Assembly: GCA_963701965.1 (NCBI GenBank) | Contig: OY969695.1 | Location: 416,001 to 480,000 of the forward strand | DNA length: 64,000 nucleotides | DNA from: an uncultured Gemmatimonadales bacterium | GTDB lineage: Bacteria > Gemmatimonadota > Gemmatimonadetes > Gemmatimonadales > Gemmatimonadaceae | Direction of reading: 5' to 3' | Shown here: in pieces, positions 10,778 to 19,984 of the stretch | Layout: each line of letters starts with the position of its first letter | How positions within the stretch are numbered: the stretch's first letter is position 1 | Notes under the pieces: generated by a model | What the model saw: the letters and a program-made list of their open reading frames with translations, nothing else | Told to the model about the DNA's origin: nothing | The model's database searches: none | Position numbers and translations under genes: made by a program

Positions 10778-12124
10778 ATGTCACGGTTCCGGTTGCCGCA
10801 ACCGCTCACGCTTCTCGTGGGCTGTACGTTCCTGGCGGCGGTCCTGACTCATGTCCTGCCGGCGGGCCGCTACGACCGGCGCGATGACCCCGTGACCGGT
10901 CGATCCGTCGTCGTCGCGGGGACCTACCACACCATCGCGGCCAAACCCCTGGGGCCTTTCGCGGCCGTGGTCGCGATCCCCGGGGGCATCATCGACGCCG
11001 CTTCGGTCATCGCGTTCGTGTTCCTCGTCGGCGGGGCCTTCGGCGTTGTCGACAAGACCGGGGCCCTCAAGAGCGGCATCGAGTGGCTGGTGCAGCGCCT
11101 CGGCCGCCGGGGGTTCCTGGCCGTGCCGATCGTCTGTCTCGCGTTCGCCACCGGCGGCGCGCTCGAGAATCTGCAGGAAGAGATCATCGCGCTCGTGCCG
11201 GCCCTCCTGCTATTGACGGAAAGCCTCGGATTGGATCCCATGACGGCCGTGGCCATGAGCGTGGGTTCGGCGGCCGTGGGCAGCGCGTTCAGTCCGATCA
11301 ACCCGTTCCAAGTCGGGATCGCCCAGAAGGTCGTGCACCTGCCGCAGCTCTCGGGGGCGGGATACCGCATGGTGTTCTTGGGGGTGGCTCTGGCCATCTG
11401 GATCGGCGGGACGATGCGCTACGCCCATCGCACGCGGCGTCCGGTCGCGGCGACGATCAGACCGCCGCAGGATCCGCGCGCCCGGGCCCGCGCCGGGGCC
11501 GTGATCGGCCTCGTGCTCCTGACGTTCGCGATCTTCGTGTACGGGGTGGCCCAGCTCCAGTGGGATTTCGACCAGGAAGCCGCGCTCTTCTTCATCATGG
11601 GCATCGCCGCCGGCCTGATCGGCGGCCTGGGGCTCCGTGGAACGGCGGACGCGTTCATCGACGGATTCCGCTCGATGGCCTACGCCGCGCTCCTCATCGG
11701 CTTCGCGCGGGCGATCTACGTGGCCATGGACCGCGGTCTCATCATCGACACCGTGGTGCATGGCTTGGCGGCGCCCTTGGCCGGACTGCCGGTCGCCGCC
11801 GCGGGCATCGCGATGATGGGCGTGCAGGCGGTGATTCATGTCCCGGTGCCCAGCGTCAGCGGGCAGGCCGTCTTGACGCTGCCGGTCTTCGCGCCGGTGG
11901 GCGACTTGATCCACCTGTCGCGGCAGACCGTGGTGCTGGCCTATCAATACGGCGCCGGCTTGTGCGAGCTGATCACACCGACGAACGGCGCCCTCATGGC
12001 GGTCCTGGCCGCGGCCGGCGTCCCCTACGATCAGTGGATGCGGGCCGCGATCAGGCTTGTCCTCGTCCTGGCGACGGTCGGCGCGCTGGCTATCGTCGCC
12101 GCCGTCGCCATCGGACTGCGTTAG
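10778..12124 (+). CDS. YfcC/DcuC-like ion-transporter-superfamily permease
   Basis: PINPFQVGIAQ, LSGAGYR, PSVSGQAVLTLP, VLAYQYG; about 12 TM segments. Confidence 0.88.
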   Translation: MSRFRLPQPLTLLVGCTFLAAVLTHVLPAGRYDRRDDPVTGRSVVVAGTYHTIAAKPLGPFAAVVAIPGGIIDAASVIAFVFLVGGAFGVVDKTGALKSGIEWLVQRLGRRGFLAVPIVCLAFATGGALENLQEEIIALVPALLLLTESLGLDPMTAVAMSVGSAAVGSAFSPINPFQVGIAQKVVHLPQLSGAGYRMVFLGVALAIWIGGTMRYAHRTRRPVAATIRPPQDPRARARAGAVIGLVLLTFAIFVYGVAQLQWDFDQEAALFFIMGIAAGLIGGLGLRGTADAFIDGFRSMAYAALLIGFARAIYVAMDRGLIIDTVVHGLAAPLAGLPVAAAGIAMMGVQAVIHVPVPSVSGQAVLTLPVFAPVGDLIHLSRQTVVLAYQYGAGLCELITPTNGALMAVLAAAGVPYDQWMRAAIRLVLVLATVGALAIVAAVAIGLR

Positions 12125-12134
12125 GCGGTACCCG

Positions 12135-14205
12135 TCAGGGCGCGGCCGACGCGCTCGCCGCCGGTGTGCTGTACCGCTTGTACCAGCTCATCATGTAGAG
12201 CTGCGTCCGGAGGAAGTTGGTCGGCTTCATGCCGCCGGTGCCGTGGAACTCGCCCTCGAACCGGAGGAGCGTCGTCGGGACGTGCCGCATCTTGAGCGCG
12301 ACGTAGTACTCCTCGCTCTGCGGCATGGGCGTCCGGCGGTCCAACTCGCCCGTCATGATGAGCGTCGGCGTCGTCACGTGCCCGACATACATGAGCGGCG
12401 ACTCTTTGAGCCAGGCCTGGGGGTCTTCCCAGAACGGCTTGTCGAAGAACCCGTACGTGAAGAACGGGATATCGGTCTCGCCGGCCATGCTGATCCAGTC
12501 GATGACCGGACAGCGCACGGCGGCGGCGGCGAACCGTGTCGTGTGTCCGATGACCCAGCTCGTGAGCACGCCGCCCCCACTGCAGCCGCCGACGAACATC
12601 TGCCGGGAGTCGACGTACCCACGGCCGAGGACCGTATCGACACCGGCCATGAGATCATCGTAGTCCACGCTCGGATACGCCTTGCTGATGGCCGCGCCGA
12701 ACGCGGTGCCGTACCCCGTGCTGCCGCGCGGATTGACGTAGAGGACCACGAAATTGTTCGCGGCGAAGTTCTGCTGCATGTAGGCGAACGCCGCGTTGTA
12801 GTTGCCGTGCGGGCCGCCGTGGATCTCCATGATCAGCGGGTACTTCTTCGATGGGTCGAAGCCGGGCGGCTTCATGATCCATCCCCTGGATGCGCGCGCC
12901 GCCAGTCGACGCGTAGTTGATCTCTTCCACGGCGCCAAGGTGGATGCGCGAGAGCGCGGCCTCGTTGACGTGCGTCAGCTGGACGATGTCGCCCTTGAGC
13001 TTGAGGTCGACGCGGGCGACCTCGGGCGGGCGCTGCGCCGTCGCCCGCGTGATCGCGGCCACACCCGCGTGGGAGATGGAGGCGAAGTTGACCACGATCG
13101 GTCCGGACGTGATGGCGCGTGGCGCGCCGCCGGCCACGGACGAGAACATCACGTTCTTGGCGCCGTGGTCCTCGATCGTGTAGAACAGGCCGGTGAGATC
13201 CGGCGCCCAGTGCACCTCGCCGACGTCGCGGTCGAGCGACTCCGTCAGCGGCTTCGCGTGGGACCCGTCGATATCCATCACGTACAGGCCGCCAGTCCGG
13301 TACGTCTGGTCCGTCGCCGGATAGCCGACGTAGGCGATCTTCTTCCCGTCGGTGGACACCACGGGCGAATGCCAATTTCCCCGCTCGGTGGTGAGCGCCT
13401 TCGCCTGGCCAGTGGCCACATCCACCGCGTACAGGTTCGCGTCGCGATAGACGTAATCGCCGTCCGGCGCCTTCCAGCCGTCGACGATGATCGTGCGTCC
13501 ATCGGGTGTCCAATCCCACCCGACCGGATTCCCCGCCAAGCCGTCGAACCGCGCGCCAACGTTCCAGTCCCCGCTCGTGATCTGCCGGGCCGGACCGCCG
13601 TCGACGCTGATCACGAAGAGATGGCGGAAGCCCGGGTCCTGGAACCCGCGGCGATCTTCACGGAAATGCGTGGACTCGACGATGCGCGGCGCTTTGGTCC
13701 AGCGCGCCGAGTCGGGGGGCTTCGGCATGTCGATCGCCCACACGGCGGGTTTCGGCACGATGCTCGTGAAGCCGATCGACTTCCCGTCCGGGGACCAGCG
13801 AACGTCCGATGGCGCTTCGGTCAGGTGCGTCAGCTGCGTCGGCGCGGGATCGCCGTCCACGTAGCGCACGAAGATTTGGGCACCCTTGGGCTCGCCATCG
13901 GCGAGATACGCGATCCGCGTGCCGTCGGGTGACCACTGGGGGTTCGAGCCCTTGGTGAACACCCGATTGCGCGAGCCGTCGGCGCGCATGATCCAGAGCG
14001 ATGTCTCGTACCGGTCCTCGATCTTGTTGACCCAACGCCGCGAGTACACGATCTGCGACCCGTCGGGCGAGATCTGCGGGTCTCCAACGCTCTCGAGGTC
14101 GAAGTAGTGTCCGACCGTCAGCAGGGTGTCCGACGGTGTCTCCTGTCCCGCGGCGACCCGCGCGGCCAGGAAGACGGCAGAAGCGAGAAAAAAGCGCGTA
14201 CGCAT
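12135..14205 (-). CDS. S9 family (prolyl oligopeptidase / acylaminoacyl) peptidase, frameshifted at about 12885
   Basis: PD40 propeller repeats, IHGGPH, nucleophile GGCSGGG, TGELDRRTP, EFHG; removing one G of GGGG (12883-12886) restores IQGWIMKPP. Confidence 0.9.
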
Positions 14206-14370
14206 CAGGGAGTCTCCGGGAAATCCAGGTGCGGTGATGCTACGCTCCCGGTGGCGCGCCGTCCAGCACCTGTCGGGCCGTCTCCAAGGCTTCCCGGAGC
14301 GCCGCGATCAGGGCGTGCAGGTCGTCGAGGTCCCGGCACGCTTGACCGATGGCGGACATATTTTGATCCC

Positions 14371-15762
14371 GTGACCGACATCGTGAGGGAGATCGAGGAC
14401 GACACCGCGCCCGCGGTGGCGCAAGCGTTCGTCGCGCTGGCGACGGACTATCTGGCGGCGACGCGGGACCGCACGTCGCGGGTGTCGACGGCGTCGAGCC
14501 GGGAGGAGTTGGCGGCCCGCTTCGCCGAACCGCTGCCCCGCGATGGGCGGCCGGTCGGGGCGGTGATCGAGCGGCTGCGACGCGAGGTCATCCCGGACTC
14601 CAACCATCTGTACCACCCGCGGTACGTCGGGCATCAGGTGTCGCCGCCGCTTCCCGCGGCGATCTGGACCGAGACCGTGATCTCGGCGCTCAACCAATCG
14701 GTGGCCGTGTGGGAGATGTCGCCGGTGGGGACGGTGCTGGAGCACCAGGTCATGCGGTGGCTGCTCGACCTGGCGGGATTTGGCCCATCCGGAGCCGGGA
14801 CGATGACCACCGGTGGGACGGAGGCGACGTTTACCGCCCTGCTGGCAGCGCGGGCCGCGGCCGTACCGGATGCCTGGGCCAAGGGCATCGGCGCGAACCC
14901 TCCGCTCATCTTCTGCGGCGAGCACGTTCATTACGCGGTGACGCGCGCCGCCGGGGCGCTGGGCCTGGGGCTGGAGAACGCGCGGCCGGTGGCATCCCGG
15001 GATTTCCGGATGGATCCCAAGGCCCTGCGGCGCGGCCTCGATGCCGCGCGACGCGAGGGGCGTGCGGTCATGGCCATTGTGGCGACCGCCGGATCGACGG
15101 CCACCGGGACGTTCGACGATCTCGAAGCGATCGGCGCCCTCGCCGAGGAGCGCGGGATCTGGCTGCACGTCAATGCGGCGCACGGAGGATCGGCGCTCCT
15201 CTCGGCAGCCCATCGCCATCGACTGCGGGGCATCGAGCAGGCGCGATCGATCGCCATCGATCCGCACAAGATGATGCTCCTGCCACTGCAGGCGGGCACG
15301 TTGTTGGTGCGCGAGTCCCAGGATCTGGATCGGGCGTTCGCGCAGCGCGCGCCGTACTTGTTTCATGGCGAGGGTGACGAAGGCATCACCGACCTGGGCG
15401 TGCGCAGTTTTCTGTGCTCGCGCCGCGCCGACGTGCTCAAGCTCTGGGTCGCATTCCAGCGCTACGGCGCCAATGGCATCGGCGCACTCTACGAGCGGCT
15501 GTGTGACACTACGCGCGCGCTATACGATGCCGTGGTGGCGCACCCGGCATTCGAACCGCTGCACGAGCCCGAGTGCAACATTCTGTGCTTCCGACACGTG
15601 TCGCGGAGCCCCGATCTCCGGGAGCGTTACAATCGAACCGGTGCGGGATGGCTCACGGCCACGACACTGAACGGTGAGCGGGTGTTGCGCGTCACTATTA
15701 TGAACCCCCGCACAACGGCGGACGATGCGCGCGAAGTGCTCGAGGGCTTGAATCGCCTGTAA
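14371..15762 (+). CDS. group II PLP-dependent decarboxylase (Ddc/GadB-like)
   Basis: HPRYVGH, TTGGTEA, TAGSTATG.FD, DPHK (Schiff-base Lys), LRVTIMNP. Confidence 0.9.
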   Translation: MTDIVREIEDDTAPAVAQAFVALATDYLAATRDRTSRVSTASSREELAARFAEPLPRDGRPVGAVIERLRREVIPDSNHLYHPRYVGHQVSPPLPAAIWTETVISALNQSVAVWEMSPVGTVLEHQVMRWLLDLAGFGPSGAGTMTTGGTEATFTALLAARAAAVPDAWAKGIGANPPLIFCGEHVHYAVTRAAGALGLGLENARPVASRDFRMDPKALRRGLDAARREGRAVMAIVATAGSTATGTFDDLEAIGALAEERGIWLHVNAAHGGSALLSAAHRHRLRGIEQARSIAIDPHKMMLLPLQAGTLLVRESQDLDRAFAQRAPYLFHGEGDEGITDLGVRSFLCSRRADVLKLWVAFQRYGANGIGALYERLCDTTRALYDAVVAHPAFEPLHEPECNILCFRHVSRSPDLRERYNRTGAGWLTATTLNGERVLRVTIMNPRTTADDAREVLEGLNRL

Positions 15763-15779
15763 GTACGCCGGGAGGCGGC

Positions 15780-16109
15780 ATGTCAAGAATTGCCGGCCCC
15801 GGCTTCGTCTTTCTCCCGATCTCGGCGCAAGGGTTCCAGCAGCCGTCTACGCGGCTCATGCTGGTGGCATCGCCAACACCGTTCTCGCCGACTGCGACCG
15901 AAGCGCGCCATGGAAGCCGTTGGTGCGGGATTCAGTTCGGGCGAGCCTCATGCTGGCATCGAGAAATCTCAGCTCTACGCACATATTGGATCGAGGCCCC
16001 TGGCGTGTTCGATCCATCCGGATATGGCGCAGCGCCCTACGTGCACAGCGAGGTCGCATCTCCGCCGTCCTCGCCACCGGCGAGCCCACCGGCGTATCGG
16101 CATCCGTAG
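15780..16109 (+). CDS. possible hypothetical protein
   Basis: GGAGG at 15771 just before ATG 15780; no recognisable motif and atypical composition. Confidence 0.25.
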   Translation: MSRIAGPGFVFLPISAQGFQQPSTRLMLVASPTPFSPTATEARHGSRWCGIQFGRASCWHREISALRTYWIEAPGVFDPSGYGAAPYVHSEVASPPSSPPASPPAYRHP

Positions 16110-16130
16110 CCGGCTACATGTACGGCGCGC

Positions 16131-16544
16131 CTACTCGCTCGAGGCCTCGAACGACGGCCGCTCCGCCCACAGCTTCGCCTCGGCCTGACGCTCCAACGCG
16201 CGCCCACCCGGACGCCGCGAATCACGCGCCACATCGACGTGCACCTCGCCCTCCGGCGTCGGCCCACCGAGCGTTTCCCCGCGCGTCTCCCGCGTGGCCC
16301 CGCCCTGCCCGGGATGCGTCAACGCCTCCCGGTACCGGTGCGCCTTCGTAGCGAGGTCGTCCAGGAACTGCTCCACAGCGACCTCGCCGAGCTCATCCAC
16401 CAGGGTCGGGATCAACCCCTTGAGGAGGATAAGGCGTTCACCGACGGGAAGCGCGAGCGCCCGGTGGACGACATCACGAATCGTCGCGTGATCGAGCCAT
16501 TCGTAGAACGGGCTGCGCGTCGTGTCGACCTGTGCGTCGGTCAT
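16131..16544 (-). CDS. hypothetical protein
   Basis: MTDAQVDTTRSPFYEWLDH...; upstream GGAGA RBS; co-directional after crcB. Confidence 0.7.
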   Translation of the reverse strand: MTDAQVDTTRSPFYEWLDHATIRDVVHRALALPVGERLILLKGLIPTLVDELGEVAVEQFLDDLATKAHRYREALTHPGQGGATRETRGETLGGPTPEGEVHVDVARDSRRPGGRALERQAEAKLWAERPSFEASSE

Positions 16545-16561
16545 CCGTTGGCATCTCCCAG

Positions 16562-16963
16562 TTAGCGCCCGCGCGCCAGCTTGAGCATCCAGTGCGCGAC
16601 GGCGAACCCCCCAAATGTAGCGGCAACCCCCAGCGTCAAACTCAACGTCGCGTACCACGCCGCCTTGCCGTACAACCCCTCCCCAATGAGATCGGCCATC
16701 TCCAGACTGAACGTCGAAAACGTCGTGTATCCACCACAGAGACCCGTCGTAAGCAATGCCCGGACCGGCGGCGAGAAAGCACTCGTCTCCAAGGCCAACC
16801 GGACCAACAGCCCGAGCAGGAACGAGCCGCTCACGTTGATGAGCAACGTGCCCAGCGGAAACGTCAACCCGGCCCGACTCTGCACCGCGACGCCGACCAG
16901 CAGGCGGGCGACGCTTCCGACGGCTCCGCCGATCGCGACCGCCCAGATGATCGGCCCGTTCAC
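16562..16963 (-). CDS. crcB: fluoride efflux channel Fluc/CrcB
   Basis: GGAVGSVAR, PLGTLLINVSGSF, GLCGGYTTFSTF. Confidence 0.95.
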   Translation of the reverse strand: MNGPIIWAVAIGGAVGSVARLLVGVAVQSRAGLTFPLGTLLINVSGSFLLGLLVRLALETSAFSPPVRALLTTGLCGGYTTFSTFSLEMADLIGEGLYGKAAWYATLSLTLGVAATFGGFAVAHWMLKLARGR

Positions 16964-16974
16964 GATCCCGACCC

Positions 16975-17916
16975 TTAGTGATGCAGACCGGCGGCCAGCG
17001 CGTCACTCAGCGCCTGGGCCATCGCGCCGGTCGGGTCCCGCGACGGATCGAATATCGTGACGTCGACACCCGCCACAGTGCGCGAGCCGACGAGACGCCG
17101 GACAATATCCGTCAGCTCCTTGTAGCTGAGCCCTCCCGGCTGGCGCGCGTCGACCGCCGGCATCACCGCGTCATCGAGCACGTCCGCGTCAATGTGCACC
17201 CAGATGCCATCGAGGTCCCGCAGCGGAAGGCGCTCGAGGATCGCGTCGACGGCGTAGTCGGCGCCGAGTTTGCGCACCGCATCGAGATCGAACACCCCGC
17301 CCAGTCCCGAGGCCGCCGGGTCCGGCGCCCCGGCCGTGATGCGTTCCTGCGCATCCCGGTGCCCGACCAACACCGCGTCCCCACGCTCGATCAGCGGCCG
17401 GCGCCCTTCGACGTTGGCGATCGCGGCCGGCTCGCCGCCGGTGGCGATCCACAGGTCCATCCCGGCCGCGCCACCCGTCGTCGAGAACTTGGGCGGGTAG
17501 AAATCGCTATGGCCATCGATGAACACGAGACCATAGCGCCCGATCCGCTTGAGCGCCAGCGCGATCCCGAACACCACGCTGCAATCCCCGCCGAGCACGA
17601 CGGGCAGGCGGCCGCCGCGGACGACTTCCTCCACGCGATCGGCGAGAGCGACCGCATAGGTCGCCAGCTCATTGACATGGCGCACGCCGGATCCGACATC
17701 GCGGACGACGTCATACTGCGTCGGCGCCGGCACCTCGCCCGCGTCCTCGGCGCCGATCGCCTCCGCCAGGCCCGCCGCCTTGAGTGCCTGCGGCAGTTGC
17801 GCGGCGCCCGGGACAACCGCCGGGTCGGCCCGTTCGAGCCCCAGCGTAATCGGCGCCGACACCAGGGCCCACCGCTTCGCGGCGATGACCGGTCGCGACC
17901 GCCTCGGAGTGGCCAC
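16975..17916 (-). CDS. arginase/ureohydrolase family protein
   Basis: GGDCS, DGHSD and DADVLD metal motifs; PGGLS. Confidence 0.88.
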   Translation of the reverse strand: MATPRRSRPVIAAKRWALVSAPITLGLERADPAVVPGAAQLPQALKAAGLAEAIGAEDAGEVPAPTQYDVVRDVGSGVRHVNELATYAVALADRVEEVVRGGRLPVVLGGDCSVVFGIALALKRIGRYGLVFIDGHSDFYPPKFSTTGGAAGMDLWIATGGEPAAIANVEGRRPLIERGDAVLVGHRDAQERITAGAPDPAASGLGGVFDLDAVRKLGADYAVDAILERLPLRDLDGIWVHIDADVLDDAVMPAVDARQPGGLSYKELTDIVRRLVGSRTVAGVDVTIFDPSRDPTGAMAQALSDALAAGLHH

Positions 17917-17949
17917 TAGGGAGTTGTCATTAGTGAGTCGCCATGACCT

Positions 17950-19212
17950 CTATGATGCACCCTGCCGGGCCGGGGCCGCCAGCCGCTCCACCACGGCGGC
18001 GACCTTCGGCAGCACATCTTCGATGTCGGCCAGCGACACGGCACCGACCGACAGTCGGAACCACCCGGTGTCCTCCGCCACCCCAAATGCCTGGAAGGGC
18101 ACGACCGCGAAGTCCGCCTCGTTGAGCAGCTGGGTCCTGATCTCCTCGTTCGTTCTCCCTGGCAGCGCGAACCGGGCGCTGATGTAGATCGCGCCCTCCG
18201 GCCGCGACACGTCGACCGGAAGTCCCCGGTCCCGCATGGCGGCGAGGCCCCGGTGGAGCGCGTCCAGCCGTTGCCGCAGTCCTTCCTTCATGCCGCGATG
18301 ATACTCGGCGATCGCCTGCGGCGCGGTCAGCAGCGCGGCCGTGGCCACCTGCTCCGGCCGCGGGGCCCAGGTGCCCACATCGGCCAGAAATTCACCGATC
18401 GCCTTGATGAGATCACCGGGGCCCAGGATCCAACCGACACGCAGGCCGGTCGAAGCGAACGACTTGGAGATCGCGTCGACCAACAACGTATAGGGCCGCA
18501 TCTCCGGCCGGAGGCCCACGGGCGACACGTGGGGGACGTCGCCGTAGGTGAGCATCCAGTACACCTGGTCATAGAGGAGATACAGGGGCCGCTCCTGTCC
18601 GGCGCGCCGCGCGTTCTCCTCCAGCACCAGGTCGCAGATATCGGCGAGCGTGTCCGGCTCGAACATCGTGCCCGCCGGATTGAGCGGCGAATTGAGCACC
18701 AGCATCCGCGCCCCGCGAACCGCCGACTCCAGCGACCGCCGCGTGGGCAGAAATCCGGTCGCGGCGTCGGTCATCACCGGAACCCCTTCCGCTCCCACGA
18801 GACCGCAATAGTACATGTACTGCCAGCACGGGACCGAATAGACCACCCGGTCCCCCGGATCGACCAATCCGCGAAACGCACCGTAAATGGCGGGGCGCGC
18901 GCCCGACGTCACCAGAACCGACTCCACCGGATAATCGAGCCCGAGGCCGTCGCGGGTGAACGTGCGGATCGCCTCGCGCAAGACCGGCGTTCCCACATAC
19001 GGTGGATAGGTGGTCTGCCCGTCGCGCAACGCGGCTTCAATGCCGTCGCGCAGCATCGCCGGAATCGGGAACTGCCGCGGATCGAAATCGCCAATGGTCA
19101 AGTTGCAAATGCGGCGGCCGCGCGCCGTGAGCGCGCGCACCTCGCCCGCGATCCGCAAGATGGTCGACCCGACCATGTGCTCGGCCATCGTCGAGATGCG
19201 CCGTGGTGTCAT
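17950..19212 (-). CDS. class I/II PLP aminotransferase (aspartate/aromatic type)
   Basis: NSPLNPAG, YDQVY, ISKSFASTGLRVG, WFRLS. Confidence 0.92.
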   Translation of the reverse strand: MTPRRISTMAEHMVGSTILRIAGEVRALTARGRRICNLTIGDFDPRQFPIPAMLRDGIEAALRDGQTTYPPYVGTPVLREAIRTFTRDGLGLDYPVESVLVTSGARPAIYGAFRGLVDPGDRVVYSVPCWQYMYYCGLVGAEGVPVMTDAATGFLPTRRSLESAVRGARMLVLNSPLNPAGTMFEPDTLADICDLVLEENARRAGQERPLYLLYDQVYWMLTYGDVPHVSPVGLRPEMRPYTLLVDAISKSFASTGLRVGWILGPGDLIKAIGEFLADVGTWAPRPEQVATAALLTAPQAIAEYHRGMKEGLRQRLDALHRGLAAMRDRGLPVDVSRPEGAIYISARFALPGRTNEEIRTQLLNEADFAVVPFQAFGVAEDTGWFRLSVGAVSLADIEDVLPKVAAVVERLAAPARQGAS

Positions 19213-19226
19213 ACGAGAGCCCCGTG

Positions 19227-19979
19227 TTAGCGCGATGCGAACGCGGCGATCGCGTTCCGCGTGAATGTCGAGAGCACGAGCGAACCGCTCATCGCGGCCC
19301 GCGCCTCCAGCAGCGCATCCCAGTGCCCGGTGCCTTCCCAGAAAACCGTTTTGAGCCTGGCCATCGCTTCCGGGTTGGACGCCGCGAGCCGGGACGCCAA
19401 CGCGCCGAGCGCGTCGTCGAGCTCTGTCGTCACCTGCGCGAACAACCCGTGTCGCTCCGCCCACGCCGCGTCCCGCCATCCGGCGGCATCAATGCCCAGC
19501 GCTTGAAAAGCGCCGGGGCCGATCTTCCGCTCGATCACCGGTCCCACGACGAACGGTCCGAGCCCTAAGGCCAACTCGCTCAATCGCACCGCCGCGGACG
19601 GGGACGCAATGGCGTAGTCGGCGGCGGCCACCACTCCCACGCCGCCGCCCACGACTTTGCCGTGCACGCGCGCGAGGATGAACTTGGGGCAGCGGCGCAT
19701 GGCGAGGATCAGGCGCGCGAAGCCCATGAAAAATTCCTTGCCGCTGGCGGCGTCCTGAATGCGCTTGAGCTCATCGAACGACGCGCCGGCGCAGAACGGC
19801 CCCGGTTCGCCGCCGCGCAGGACGACCACCCGCACCGCCGAGTCGGCCGCCAGACCGTCCACGGCATCGGCCATGGACCGCAGCAGGGTTCCGGGCAGTG
19901 AGTTCCCCTTGGGATGCGCGAACCGGATGGTGCCCACGCCGTCGCTGGCGCGTACGTCGATCTCGCCCGTGTCGTTCAT
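19227..19979 (-). CDS. enoyl-CoA hydratase/isomerase family protein
   Basis: FCAGASF, GKVVGGGVG, LSEL.LGLGP. Confidence 0.88.
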   Translation of the reverse strand: MNDTGEIDVRASDGVGTIRFAHPKGNSLPGTLLRSMADAVDGLAADSAVRVVVLRGGEPGPFCAGASFDELKRIQDAASGKEFFMGFARLILAMRRCPKFILARVHGKVVGGGVGVVAAADYAIASPSAAVRLSELALGLGPFVVGPVIERKIGPGAFQALGIDAAGWRDAAWAERHGLFAQVTTELDDALGALASRLAASNPEAMARLKTVFWEGTGHWDALLEARAAMSGSLVLSTFTRNAIAAFASR

Positions 19980-19984
19980 CGTCT

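Noticed and set aside
16963..17950. Fluoride riboswitch upstream of crcB
   Set aside because: Only 11 bp separate crcB from the upstream gene, and no consensus is visible before the arginase-family gene
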